A DNA stretch of 64,000 nt from an uncultured delta proteobacterium (GCA_963841435.1 CAWJCS010000006.1:288001-352000), one strand, 5' to 3'. Numbered from the stretch's first letter, positions 45,727 through 56,186 are shown. Notes: generated from the letters alone by a model not told the origin. Numbers and translations: made by a program.

Positions 45727-47079
45727 CTACTCCGCCGCCGCCACGGCCGGCCCGCTGCGCTTCTTCAAGCGGAGCGGCACCTTGCTCTTCGGTCGTAGCG
45801 TGATCACGGGTCCGAGCTCCGGCGGTGCGGTGCTCGTGGCCTCGAGCACGTACGACTGGCTCAAGCGTGCGACGACGAACACGAGCTCGAGCATGGCGAA
45901 ATGCTGGCCGATGCACACGCGCGGCCCGCCCCCGAACGGAAAGTAGGCAAAACGCGGGAGGTTTTTGCACTCGTCGTTCAAGAAGCGTTCGGGGCGGAAG
46001 CGCTCGGGCTCTCGGAACCAGCGCGGATCGCGCTGCACCACCCACTGGCTAGCGAGCACCTGCGTGCCGCGCTCGAGCCTGATGCCCCCGACCTCGAGGT
46101 CGTCCGCCGCGAGTCGCCCCATGCTCCACGCCGGCGGGTACAGACGCAGCGACTCCTTGACGACGGCGCCCGTGAAGCGGAGCCGTTCGAGATCCTTCTC
46201 GCCCGGTACGCGCCCGCCGAGCACTTCATCCACCTCGGCGACGAGCCGCGCATACTCGTCGGGATTCGCGGCCAGCAGCCACAGCGTGTAGGTGAGCGCG
46301 AGCGCGGTGGTCTCGTGGCCCGCCAAAAAGAGCGTCATCGTCTCTTCGAGCAGCTCCTTGTCGGAGAGGCTCGTTCCGTCCTCGTGCCTGAGCGCGATGA
46401 GATGCGAGAGCAGATCCTCTCCGGGCGTGCGGCGCTTCTCGTGGACGATCTCGAGGACGATCTCGTCGAGCCGTGCTCGCGCGTCACCGATGCGTCGCAC
46501 GGGAGCGAGCGGCACCCAGCGTGGCAAAAAGGCGCGAAAAGTCTGCCACAGCAGCTGATAGTCGCGCGTGACACCCGCGAGCGTCTGCTCGACCTCGTCG
46601 TAGCGCGAGAGCCGGGCACCGAACAGCGCTCTGACGACGATGTCGAGCGTGAGGTGCATGGCTTCCTGGTACACGTCGCGCGTCTCGCCGTCGGCAAAGG
46701 TCGTGAGGGCGTGGTCGGTGCAATCGACCATCGTGCTCGCGTAGTGGCCGAGGCCATGCGGCTGGAAGGTCCCCGCCACGAGCTTGCGCTTCTTCTTCCA
46801 GATGTCGCCTTCGGCCGTCAGCAGGCCCTCGCCGAGCAGCATGCCGAGGTCCTTGGTGAAGAAATCCTTCACGAGCGCGCCCCGGCTCAAGAGCACCTGC
46901 TCGATGACGTCGGGAGCGAACGCGAGCACGTAGCGCCGCTTGAGCTGCTGGAACTCGACGAGATCGCCGTGCAGGCGGTGTGCCTCCTCGAAGGCCGCGA
47001 GCGGCGACGCCGCGAAGTGCATGAGCCCGCGAAACCCGGAGAGCTCCGGCGAGCGGGCGAGGGTGGCTTTCTGGCTCAT
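45727..47079 (-). CDS. Cytochrome P450
   Basis: AGHETT, KESLRLYPP, FRPERF and PFGGGPRVCIG. Confidence 0.96.
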   Translation of the reverse strand: MSQKATLARSPELSGFRGLMHFAASPLAAFEEAHRLHGDLVEFQQLKRRYVLAFAPDVIEQVLLSRGALVKDFFTKDLGMLLGEGLLTAEGDIWKKKRKLVAGTFQPHGLGHYASTMVDCTDHALTTFADGETRDVYQEAMHLTLDIVVRALFGARLSRYDEVEQTLAGVTRDYQLLWQTFRAFLPRWVPLAPVRRIGDARARLDEIVLEIVHEKRRTPGEDLLSHLIALRHEDGTSLSDKELLEETMTLFLAGHETTALALTYTLWLLAANPDEYARLVAEVDEVLGGRVPGEKDLERLRFTGAVVKESLRLYPPAWSMGRLAADDLEVGGIRLERGTQVLASQWVVQRDPRWFREPERFRPERFLNDECKNLPRFAYFPFGGGPRVCIGQHFAMLELVFVVARLSQSYVLEATSTAPPELGPVITLRPKSKVPLRLKKRSGPAVAAAE

Positions 47080-47972
47080 GGCGTGGCTCCCATCTCCTGG
47101 ACCAGCAGATCGACGAAGGCTCGCGCGGGCAGCGAAAGCTCGTGGCGCTTTCGGTGCACGATGCCGACCGGTCGCGTGAGCTTCTGGTCGGCGAGGCGCA
47201 GCGTCACGAGCGTCCCGGCTCGCACCTCGTTCTTCACCGTCGCCTCGGGCACGATCGAGATCCCTAGCCCTGCTTCGACGGAGCGCTTGATGGTCTCGAT
47301 GTTGTCGAACTCGGTGGCGATCGTCACGCGCGTGTGGTGGCGCCGTAAGGCACGATCGATGGCTCGCCGCGTGGGCACGGCGCGGTCGAAGGCGACGAAC
47401 GCCTCGCCCGAGAGCGCCTTCGTGGGCACGGTATGGCGCCGCGCGAAGCGATGCTCCGGGCTCGTGACGAGCACGAGCTCCTCATCCCTGAGCGGGATGA
47501 CCTCGAGCTTGCGGCGGTGGGAAGGGAACGCCACGATGCCGAGGTCGATGGTACCAGCCAGGCACGCCTCGACCACCCGATCCGTACGGCTGTACTCGAC
47601 CTGAATCGCGACGCGCGGGTGGCGGCGCAAGAACTCCTTCACGTGCGGGGGAAGCGCGTGCAGGCCCACGCTGTACACGGTCGCCACCCTGACGGTTCCC
47701 GCCATCCCCGAGCCGGGCTTCCTCAGGCGGTCCTCCAAAAGGCGCATGCGCTCCAGAATCGCCTTGCTCTCGGTGTAGACGAGCCGACCGGCCTCGGTGG
47801 GCGTCACCCCGAGCGGGCCACCACGCTCGACGAGTCGCTCGCGAAATCGCTCCTCGAGCGAACGGACCTTCTGACTCACGGCCGACTGGCTCACGAAGTT
47901 GAGCTCGGCGGCCCGAGTGAAGCTGCCCGTTTCGCAGAGGTCACAGAAGGCTTTCAGGGTCTCGAGCTGCAT
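47076..47972 (-). CDS. LysR-family transcriptional regulator
   Basis: GSFTRAAELNFVSQSAVSQ HTH plus substrate-binding domain. Confidence 0.95.
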   Translation of the reverse strand: MQLETLKAFCDLCETGSFTRAAELNFVSQSAVSQKVRSLEERFRERLVERGGPLGVTPTEAGRLVYTESKAILERMRLLEDRLRKPGSGMAGTVRVATVYSVGLHALPPHVKEFLRRHPRVAIQVEYSRTDRVVEACLAGTIDLGIVAFPSHRRKLEVIPLRDEELVLVTSPEHRFARRHTVPTKALSGEAFVAFDRAVPTRRAIDRALRRHHTRVTIATEFDNIETIKRSVEAGLGISIVPEATVKNEVRAGTLVTLRLADQKLTRPVGIVHRKRHELSLPARAFVDLLVQEMGATP

Positions 47973-47985
47973 TAGATTTTCTAAT
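47971..47985. promoter_or_regulatory. LysR-type T-N11-A palindromic site
   Basis: ATTAGA-TTT-TCTAAT in the AT-rich divergent lysR/sdh spacer. Confidence 0.65.
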
Positions 47986-48044
47986 ATTGTAATGGAAACT
48001 TTTGAATTGGACTAATGTTGCCGGACGCCCTAAGAAACCGGGGC

Positions 48045-48878
48045 ATGACGATGCGTCAGCTTCCCGTGCTCGGGGGCCACCCGACCACGCTCGGGGGCAC
48101 CCTCCGCTCGGACGCGTGGTGGGTCGGCCCGCTCATCACGTTGGTCGTGTTCTCGGGCTTCATCGTGTACGCGACCTTCCGCGTGTTCGAAGGCGCGCAC
48201 TACTACGCCGAGCCCTACCTCACGCCGTTCTACTCGCCGCTCTTGTTCACGAATCTGAGCGCGCCGGGCGCGGCGCCGCTCGAGCACGCGTGGTTCGGCG
48301 AGTGGCCGAAGTGGTGGCCCGAGTTCGCGCTGACGCCGGCGTCGCCCGCGCTGCTCATCCTGCCGTTTCCCGCGCTGTTCCGCTTCACCTGTTACTACTA
48401 CCGCAAGGCGTACTACCGGGCCTTCGCCGGCTCGCCTCCCGGTTGCGCCGTGAGTCCCGGAAAGCGCTCTCGTTACACTGGGGAGACGGGCCTGTTCCTG
48501 TTCCAGAATCTCCACCGCTACGTGCTCTACTTCGCGCTCGCCTACATCGTCATCCTCGGATACGACGCGGCATTGAGCTTCTCGAAAGGCGGCGAGCTCG
48601 GCATCGGCTTGGGCAGCGTGCTGCTCACCCTGAATACGGTGCTGATCGGCGCGTATACCTGCGGCTGCCACGCGTTCCGACACCTGATCGGCGGCCGGAA
48701 GGATTGCATGTCGTGCGGGGAAAACACCCTGAGCTATCGCGGCTGGAAGGCCGTGAGCTTCCTGAATGCGCGGCACATGGGTTGGGCCTGGGTGAGCCTG
48801 TTCTCCGTTGCGTTGACCGATCTCTACATCCGGATGGTCAGCATGGGCGTGATCACCGATCCGAATACCTGGAACTAA
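48045..48878 (+). CDS. Succinate dehydrogenase membrane anchor, Sdh1/Rv0249c-like
   Basis: TPFYSP, FRFTCYYYRKAYYR, FQNLHRY, CGCHAFRHL and NARHM; precedes sdhA/sdhB. Confidence 0.85.
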   Translation: MTMRQLPVLGGHPTTLGGTLRSDAWWVGPLITLVVFSGFIVYATFRVFEGAHYYAEPYLTPFYSPLLFTNLSAPGAAPLEHAWFGEWPKWWPEFALTPASPALLILPFPALFRFTCYYYRKAYYRAFAGSPPGCAVSPGKRSRYTGETGLFLFQNLHRYVLYFALAYIVILGYDAALSFSKGGELGIGLGSVLLTLNTVLIGAYTCGCHAFRHLIGGRKDCMSCGENTLSYRGWKAVSFLNARHMGWAWVSLFSVALTDLYIRMVSMGVITDPNTWN

Positions 48879-48884
48879 CGAACC

Positions 48885-50738
48885 ATGCTGGACGTTTCCG
48901 AGCTGAAGACGGTCGAGGTCAACGTGGTGGTGGTCGGTGCCGGAGGCGCAGGCCTGCGCGCCGCCATCGAGTCGAGCGCGCAGGGCATGAAGACGGTGGT
49001 GCTCTCGAAGAGCCTCCTCGGTAAGGCCCACACGGTGATGGCCGAGGGCGGCATGGCGGCCTCGCTCGGCAATGCCGATAAGCGTGACAACTGGAAGGTG
49101 CACTTTCGCGACACCATGCGCGGCGGCAAATTCCTCAACGTGTGGCGCATGGCGGAGCTCCACGCCAAGCACGCCTCGGCGCGCGTGAGGGAGCTGGAGG
49201 AATGGGGCGCGGTCTTCGATCGCACCAAGGAAGGGCTCATCAGCCAGCGCAACTTCGGCGGCCACCGCTACGCGAGGCTCGCGCACGTCGGCGATCGCAC
49301 GGGCTTGGAGTTGATCCGCACGCTGCAAGATCACGGCGTGCACCAGGGCATCGATTTTCAGATGGAGTGCACGGCGCTTGCGCTCTTGAAGGACGGCGAG
49401 CGCATCGCGGGCGTCCTTGCGTACTACCGGGAAACCGGGCGATTCTTGCTGCTCCGCGCGCGCGCCGTGATCCTCGCGACGGGCGGCGGCGGCAAGGCGT
49501 GGCGCGTCACCTCGAACTCCTGGGAGTACACGGGCGACGGCGCGTACCTCGCCTACGAGGCCGGTGCCGAGCTGATGGACCTCGAGTTCACCCAGTTTCA
49601 CCCCACCGGCATGGTTTGGCCGCTCAGCGTGCGCGGCATCCTCGTGACCGAGGGCGTGCGCGGCGACGGCGGCATCCTCGTCAACAACGAAGGCAAGCGC
49701 TTCATGTTCGGCTACATCCCCGAGCGCTTTGCGTCCGAGACCGCCGACAGCGTCGAGGAAGCGACGCGCTGGCTCGACGGTGACAAGGGCGCGCGGCGCC
49801 CGCCGGAGCTCTTGACGCGCGACGTCGTGGCGCGGTCGATTCGCGCCGAGGTGAAGGCAGGGCGTGGCTCGCCGCACGGCGGTGCGTTTCTCGACATCGC
49901 GAGTCGCCGACCCGCCGAGTTCATCAAGCGGCGCTTGCCCGGCATGTACCATCAGTTCATGGAGCTCGCGGAGGTCGACATCACCAAGGAGCCGATGGAA
50001 GTGGGGCCGACGCTCCACTATTTCATGGGCGGCATACGCGTCGACGCCGACACGCAGATGACCCGTGTGCCCGGACTTTTCGCCTGTGGTGAGTGCAGCG
50101 CAGGGATGCACGGAGCGAATCGCCTCGGCGGCAACTCCCTCTCCGACCTCGTCGTCTTCGGCCGTCTCGCCGGCAGCGGCGCCGCCGACTACGTGCGCTC
50201 GCTATCGGCGAGCCCCCGCGCCGACGACGAGCAGATCAAATTCGCCATTCGCGGCGCCACCGACATCCTGAACCGTGAAAGCGGGGAGAACCCCTACGGC
50301 CTCCACGACGAGCTACAGACCGTGATGGAGGAGGGCGTCGGTATCGTTCGCACCGAGGACGAGCTCAAACAGGGCATCTCGGGCATCGAAGCGCTCACCG
50401 AGCGTGCCAAGAACATGAAGGCCGTCGGTACGAGCCAGTACAACCCCGGCTGGCACGAAGCGCTCAGCATGCGCTCGCTGCTCGTCACGGCGGAGGCCGT
50501 GGCTCGCGGCGCGCTCCTCCGCCAGGAGAGCCGCGGCGCGCACACCCGCATCGACTACGAGGGCGAGCGCGACGAATGGCTCAAGGTCAACATCGTGTCC
50601 CGCAAGGGCAAGGACGGCCACATGGAGGTCGAGAAGGTCGAGCGGCCCGCTCCCGCCGCCTACCTTTCGGCCATCGCGAACGCGAAGATCGAGGATCTCG
50701 AGGCCGGAAAGGTCGGCGCCGACGCGCCCGAGGATTGA
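48885..50738 (+). CDS. sdhA: Succinate dehydrogenase/fumarate reductase flavoprotein
   Basis: GAGGAG, KAHTVMAEGG, QFHPTG, TEGVRG, HYFMGG, HGANRLGGNSL and ESRGAH. Confidence 0.96.
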   Translation: MLDVSELKTVEVNVVVVGAGGAGLRAAIESSAQGMKTVVLSKSLLGKAHTVMAEGGMAASLGNADKRDNWKVHFRDTMRGGKFLNVWRMAELHAKHASARVRELEEWGAVFDRTKEGLISQRNFGGHRYARLAHVGDRTGLELIRTLQDHGVHQGIDFQMECTALALLKDGERIAGVLAYYRETGRFLLLRARAVILATGGGGKAWRVTSNSWEYTGDGAYLAYEAGAELMDLEFTQFHPTGMVWPLSVRGILVTEGVRGDGGILVNNEGKRFMFGYIPERFASETADSVEEATRWLDGDKGARRPPELLTRDVVARSIRAEVKAGRGSPHGGAFLDIASRRPAEFIKRRLPGMYHQFMELAEVDITKEPMEVGPTLHYFMGGIRVDADTQMTRVPGLFACGECSAGMHGANRLGGNSLSDLVVFGRLAGSGAADYVRSLSASPRADDEQIKFAIRGATDILNRESGENPYGLHDELQTVMEEGVGIVRTEDELKQGISGIEALTERAKNMKAVGTSQYNPGWHEALSMRSLLVTAEAVARGALLRQESRGAHTRIDYEGERDEWLKVNIVSRKGKDGHMEVEKVERPAPAAYLSAIANAKIEDLEAGKVGADAPED

Positions 50739-50769
50739 AAACCAAGATTTGGAGCAGCGCGAACAAGAC

Positions 50770-51525
50770 ATGACCACCAGACGAAAGTTCCGCATCTGGC
50801 GCGGCGACAAAGAAGGCGGCGATTTCAAGGATTTCGACGTCAACGTCGATCCGGGCATGGTCGTGCTCGACGTTTTGCACCGCGTTCAGTCGGAGCAGGC
50901 GAACGATCTGGCGATTCGCTGGAACTGCAAGGCCGGGAAATGCGGCTCTTGCAGCATGGAGATCAACGGCCGGCCGCGGCTCGCGTGCATGACGCGCATG
51001 AACGCGTACGGCCCCGACGAGACCATCACTGTCCAGCCGCTCAAGACGTTCCCCGTGATCAAGGATCTCGTGACGGACGTCTCCTGGAACTACGCACAGA
51101 ACAAGCGCATCCGGCCGCTCAAGCCCAAGCCGCGCGACGCCGACGGCGAGCACCGCATGTATCAGGAAGACGTCGATCGCGTGCAGGAGTTCCGCAAGTG
51201 CATCGAGTGCTACCTCTGCCAGGACACGTGTCACGTCTTACGTGACCGCGACGGTCAAGACCGCTTCGTGGGGCCGCGCTTCATGATTCGCCTCGCGAGC
51301 CTCGAGATGCACCCGCTCGACGAGGACGACCGCATTCCGGAGATCCGGAAGGAGTTCGGCTCCGGCATGTGCAACATCACGCGCTGTTGCACCGAGGTGT
51401 GCCCAGAGCACATCAACATCACGGACAACGGCATCATTCCGCTGAAGGAGCGCGTCGTGGACCGCTACTTCGACCCGATCGTGTATCTCGGACAGAAGCT
51501 CTTCGGCATCAGCAAGCGCCGCTAA
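50770..51525 (+). CDS. sdhB: Succinate dehydrogenase/fumarate reductase Fe-S subunit
   Basis: CKAGKCGSC, CIECYLCQDTC and CNITRCCTEVCP. Confidence 0.95.
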   Translation: MTTRRKFRIWRGDKEGGDFKDFDVNVDPGMVVLDVLHRVQSEQANDLAIRWNCKAGKCGSCSMEINGRPRLACMTRMNAYGPDETITVQPLKTFPVIKDLVTDVSWNYAQNKRIRPLKPKPRDADGEHRMYQEDVDRVQEFRKCIECYLCQDTCHVLRDRDGQDRFVGPRFMIRLASLEMHPLDEDDRIPEIRKEFGSGMCNITRCCTEVCPEHINITDNGIIPLKERVVDRYFDPIVYLGQKLFGISKRR

Positions 51526-51614
51526 TTCTGCACGCCTGCCCCGCGTACGACGCCGGGGGGCGAAAATTTGATTCGTTGGGGCATGAGGCTGCCGAGGGAA
51601 CGGGCTTAGCTCCG

Positions 51615-52269
51615 ATGGCTGACGCTCGCGCGCAACTTCTGGGCCTCGGTTGGAACGCCAACGCCTTGCGGGCGCTCACCGAGCATTCGCCTGACGTCAT
51701 CATGGTGCTGAATCTCGCGTGCGAGATGATCGCCCACGATTTCAACAATCTGATGCTCGCCGTGCTCGTGAACGCGGACTTCGCGAAGACAGCGCTCTTC
51801 CCCGACCAGCAGGAGATCCGCTCGCATCTCGAAGAAGTCGAACGCGCCGGCCAGCGCGCCATGGGCGAGGCCCGGCGCTTCGGTGCTGCTCCGTGTCGCC
51901 GACAGCGGGCAGGGGATGGCGAGCGACGTGAAGGAGCGCCTGTTCGAGCCGTTCTTCACCACCAAGGGGCCGACCAAGGGCAGCGGGCTCGGGCTCGCCA
52001 CCGTGTACGCCATCGTCAAGCAACTCCGTGGCGTGATCCGCGTGGAGAGCGAGCCGGGGGCGGGCTCGACGTTCCTGGTCGATTTGCCCGCCTCCGAGCG
52101 CCAGGAAGAACCGGCGGTACCGATTCCGGAGGCGACGCCCGTCGGGGGGAACGAGACCATCCTGGTCGCGGAGGACGAGCCGGCGGTGCGAAGCCTGCTC
52201 GGCAAGCCGTACAAGAGCGCCGAGCTGCTGCACAAGGTGAGGGCGGCGCTCGGCAAGCCGGCGAGCTGA
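51615..52269 (+). pseudogene. Internally deleted PAS/HisKA/HATPase/REC hybrid kinase remnant
   Basis: Fragments in order: EHSPDVI, IAHDFNNL, then a frame change to VADSGQGM..FEPFFTTK..GSGLGL, ETILVAEDE and KPY..ELLHKV. Confidence 0.8.
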
Positions 52270-52283
52270 CGCTCCCCGATGAC

Positions 52284-52763
52284 TCAAAAACCTTGCCAGC
52301 GCGAAAGCTCGCGGCGGTGCGACCACGCCCAGACGATGACCACGGTGCCCATCACGAGCGTGAGCACGTTGATGGTCACCTCGACGGCAACGCCGCCGGT
52401 ATCGGGGGAGCCGTAGATGCCGTTTTCGAGATCGAACAGCACGTCCATCAACCCGAGGTAGATGCTGTTCGTGCCGGCGGCGATGCAATAAAAGAGCGAG
52501 CTCGCCCGCCGTCGCAGGAGGGCCACCGTTGCCACGAGGCCCGTCAACACCATCCACGCGTCGGCGAGCGGGAAGGCGTTCTCGAAGGCGTAGTAGGCCT
52601 CCGTGTGGGCCGACGCCAGGATGTCGCGGTCGATGCCGAACCACACGACCCAGTAGGCGAGCGTCGCCACGACCCCGAAGAGCAGCACGCCGACGATGAA
52701 CCCGGTGCCGCGCGGGGTGGCGGAGGGACCGTGTGCAGCCGGCGCGGGGTCACCGGGCGTCAT
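52284..52763 (-). CDS. Hypothetical membrane protein (about 4 TM)
   Basis: Hydrophobic segments and FENAFPLADAW motif. Confidence 0.7.
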   Translation of the reverse strand: MTPGDPAPAAHGPSATPRGTGFIVGVLLFGVVATLAYWVVWFGIDRDILASAHTEAYYAFENAFPLADAWMVLTGLVATVALLRRRASSLFYCIAAGTNSIYLGLMDVLFDLENGIYGSPDTGGVAVEVTINVLTLVMGTVVIVWAWSHRRELSRWQGF

Positions 52764-52883
52764 CGGGCTCCTCGCGAGGGGTGAGCCAAGATTTCAGACA
52801 CTGCAGGACGAAGCCCCAGACGCCCCCCGCGACGATGCGAACGTCGTCCCCGAGCGGGCTCTTGCGACGCGCAAGGACGCGGC

Positions 52884-53699
52884 TCATCCGGTCACTTCGC
52901 CGAACAGGTTGGGGTCGAGCCAGCGTGTCTCGTCGCCGTCGATGAGCAGCACGGATTCGAACTTCGCGCCCAGCGCACCCTTGCCGAGGTGCGGCTCGAC
53001 CGCGTAGAGCCCGCGCGCGCGACCCGGGGCTCGCGCGCGCAGGAATGGATAGGGCCCCCGCACGAGGTGATGCAGCACGATGCCGGTAGCGTACGTCACA
53101 AGGAGCGGCAGTTGAAACCCCGTACCGATGCGCGGCGCGCGGGACCAGAAGTTCGGAAATCCTTCGAGGGTGTGGCCGAGCACGTTCGCGGGGTAGCGCG
53201 TGTGGATCACGTCGAGATCGGCCGCGTGGGCCGACGCTTCGACGTGCTCGCAGACCTCGTCTGCGCGTGCCCCGGGGCTCGCCCATTCGATGAGCTCGCG
53301 CTTGATGCCCTCGAGCGCTCCGAGTAGCTCGCCATGGACGCCCGAGCGCGCGGCCGACGGCGCGCCCGCGAGGCCCGAATAGGCGAAGTCGGCAGGGAAG
53401 CCGGACACGAGCGGCGCGGCGTCGAGGATGAATGGCTCGCCGGGCTCGAGCACGCGGTCGCTCGGCAGAGCGTTCGGCTCCCAAGCGCCGTGCCAGTCGA
53501 AGCGCGTTCGCTCGCCCCACCACGCGTACGGGGTGTGCAGCCAATGCTCGACGCGAGCCTTGTCGAGCTCGCGCTCGATTCGCGCGCAGACACCGCGCTC
53601 CGTGTCGCCCGGGCGGACGCCGTCTGCTACGCTCAAGATCGCATCGCGCGCGATGCGCTGGGCATTCGCGATACCCGCGATGTACGCGCCGCGCATCAT
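52884..53699 (-). CDS. M24-family metallopeptidase-like protein
   Basis: VRPGDTE, ILDAAP..GFPADF, LGH, AVEPH and KFE metal-ligand pattern. Confidence 0.75.
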   Translation of the reverse strand: MMRGAYIAGIANAQRIARDAILSVADGVRPGDTERGVCARIERELDKARVEHWLHTPYAWWGERTRFDWHGAWEPNALPSDRVLEPGEPFILDAAPLVSGFPADFAYSGLAGAPSAARSGVHGELLGALEGIKRELIEWASPGARADEVCEHVEASAHAADLDVIHTRYPANVLGHTLEGFPNFWSRAPRIGTGFQLPLLVTYATGIVLHHLVRGPYPFLRARAPGRARGLYAVEPHLGKGALGAKFESVLLIDGDETRWLDPNLFGEVTG

Positions 53700-54539
53700 G
53701 TCGGTGTCCGCTTCGGGCGGTTCAAGAAGCCGACGACGCCGCGTACCCAGGAGCGCGGGCTCACCCGCACGAGCTGGACGCCGAGCCACGTCTTGAAACC
53801 GTGAATTGCGACCACACGCCGCGCGAGCATGGCGCGGTACGCCGCCCTGGCGACGCGCGGTGCCGGGGCCGCGCCGAGCAGCCCGAAGAGCCGCGAGTCG
53901 GCCATGCCCGAGACGCCACCGAACTCGGTCGCCGTGGGGCCGGGGCAGCTCACCGTGACGCTGACGCCCGTTCCACGGAGCTCGTGGGCCAGGGCCTCGC
54001 TGAAGCTATTCACGAAGGCTTTCGAAGCGTAGTAGCTCGCAATGTAGGGGCCGGGCTGAAACCCCGCGCTCGAGCCCAGATTCAAGACGAACCCTTTCCT
54101 TCGCGCGAGCATGCCGGGCAGGAGCGCGCGCGTGAGGCGCACCAAGGCGCTCACGTTGGTTTCGATAACGGCGATCTCGCGCGCGGCGTCGCTCTCCGCG
54201 AAGGGCCCCGTCGTACCGATGCCGGCGGAGTTCACCAGGAAAATCGAGCTCGAGCCCGCGCGCCGCGACCTCGTTCACGAGGCTCTCGACGCCGCCGGGC
54301 GCCGTGAGAATCGCACGCGAACGCCAGGGCCTGCTTGCCGTGCTGTCTCGTGAGCTCCTCGGCGAGCTCGTCGAGTCGCTCGCGGCGTCTGGCGACGAGC
54401 AGGACCTCGTGCCCGTCACCCGCAAGGAGCCGAGCCAGCTCTCTGCCGATGCCTGCCGATGCGCCGGTGACGAGTGCGGTGCCCACGCGCGGCGGAACGT
54501 AGTGCCGGGTGCCGAAGACGGCAATCGGGGTCGCCTCAT
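53696..54539 (-). CDS. Short-chain dehydrogenase/reductase with two +1 frameshifts (near 54310 and 54241)
   Basis: [34 protein letters not shown] and CPGPT spread over three frames. Confidence 0.85.
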
Positions 54540-54545
54540 CCAATC

Positions 54546-55379
54546 TTAGAGCCAATAGTCGGCCACCACGACGAAGTGATCCGAGTAGATGGTCGGAATC
54601 ACCTGACTTCGTCGGAGGCCGAGCCCGTTCGAGAAGATCCAGTCGGTCTCGTAGGGAACGAGCATCGTGGGGATGAAGCGCCGCAGGTTGGGCGTCATGT
54701 AGCGGCCGAGCTCGGTGACCGAGCGTTCGAGGCGCGCGGGGTCCCACAGGTTTCCCATGGCGTTGAAGTCGCCGAGGATGATGCCGCGGGCGCGTGGGTG
54801 CCGGCGGCGCTCGGCGAGCCAGTGGCCGAGCACGACCCGAGCCTGCGACAGCCGGCCGTACACGGGCGCGTAGTTTTTTCCCGCGCGGTTCGAAAGGTGA
54901 AGGTCATAGACGCGGAGCCGCCGTCCGCCGACGACGAGATCCACCCATGCTGCGGAGCGCTTCGCGCCCACCTGCGGCAAGGTGAGCCCACCGCGCCGGT
55001 AAATCGGAAAGCGCGACAGGATCACCTGTGCCTTCCGGCATGGCTCGCGCGACGCGGGGTCGGCGAGCACGGCGTGCTCGTGCACCGCGCCATGCGCCCG
55101 CAGCATGATGCCGCGAAAGAGATCAATCGTACGCCGATCGTTCAGGCATGCCTCCTGCAGGCCGATGACGTCGAAGCGCTCGAGGTGGGCATTGTGCTCG
55201 AACGTCCGCCGGATGAGGCCGGTGATGGGCTGACGAAACGCGACACCCATGGCGACGTTGAAGGTCACCACTCGGAGCGTTACGGGCCGAGCGCGGGCGC
55301 TGCTCGTCGCCAAGAGCGCGCAAAGGGCCCCGAGAAGCGCCAGAAAGTGACCCCGCCGTGCGGGCGCGAGCGCCGGCAT
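54546..55379 (-). CDS. Endonuclease/exonuclease/phosphatase family protein, exported
   Basis: VVTFNV, IGLQE, LSRFPI, LGDFN, DWIF and SDH. Confidence 0.9.
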   Translation of the reverse strand: MPALAPARRGHFLALLGALCALLATSSARARPVTLRVVTFNVAMGVAFRQPITGLIRRTFEHNAHLERFDVIGLQEACLNDRRTIDLFRGIMLRAHGAVHEHAVLADPASREPCRKAQVILSRFPIYRRGGLTLPQVGAKRSAAWVDLVVGGRRLRVYDLHLSNRAGKNYAPVYGRLSQARVVLGHWLAERRRHPRARGIILGDFNAMGNLWDPARLERSVTELGRYMTPNLRRFIPTMLVPYETDWIFSNGLGLRRSQVIPTIYSDHFVVVADYWL

Positions 55380-55456
55380 CCCTCCAATTTAGCACGACTC
55401 GTTCACTAGTCCCCTCGTGCCGGGCCGGATATAGTCGGCCTTCGGAGGAGCCGAGG

Positions 55457-56182
55457 ATGAACGCATCAACCGTGATCTTGATCGCGTTTTTCACGTCCGC
55501 CGTGACGGCCACGGGCACCGCGCTCGTGCTCGCGCGCGCCGGGATGCTCACACCGGCGCCCGCCGCGGCCGACGCCGAGGGAAGCGGCGAGATCGTTCCG
55601 GACTTTTCGGGTCTCGCCGAGGCGGACGCTCGCTCGAACGCCGCGACGGCGCACGTCGCACTGCTCGTCGCAGGGCGCGAGGCGACACCGGGCAAGCGAC
55701 CCGGGACGGTGGTGCGTCAATCGGTGCCGCCGGGCCAGCGCGTGCCGCGCGACCATCCCGTGAGCGTGGTGCTGGCCGACGAGCTGCCGCTCGTGCCCAA
55801 GGTGGTGGGTCTCTCGCTCGCGGACGCGACCGGGCGGCTCGAGCAGGCCGGCTTCCGCGTCGTCACCGGCGCGAAGGTGCCGGACGCCACGGTGCCCGAG
55901 GGCGCCGTGATCTCGCAGGCGCCGGCCGGCGAGGAGGGGCTCGAAAAGGGCGGCAGCGTCGCGCTGCGCATTTCTGCAGGGCCCGAGGCGGTCGAGGTGC
56001 CGAGCGTCACGGGCAGCGGTGTGCAACGCGCGAAGACCGAGCTCGAGCAGCTGGGGCTCAAGCCCGTCGTCGAGTGGGTGTCGGTCGCCGAGTCGCAGGG
56101 GCTCATCGTCATGCGGCAGACGCCGAGCGCCGGCGAGAAGGCCAAGCCCGGGACCGAAGTTCACATCGTCGCGAACCAGTGA
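55457..56182 (+). CDS. PASTA-domain (three repeats) membrane-anchored protein
   Basis: VPDFSGL, VPKVVGL and VPSVTG repeats, each with G.V..Q.P. Confidence 0.85.
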   Translation: MNASTVILIAFFTSAVTATGTALVLARAGMLTPAPAAADAEGSGEIVPDFSGLAEADARSNAATAHVALLVAGREATPGKRPGTVVRQSVPPGQRVPRDHPVSVVLADELPLVPKVVGLSLADATGRLEQAGFRVVTGAKVPDATVPEGAVISQAPAGEEGLEKGGSVALRISAGPEAVEVPSVTGSGVQRAKTELEQLGLKPVVEWVSVAESQGLIVMRQTPSAGEKAKPGTEVHIVANQ

Positions 56183-56186
56183 GCGC

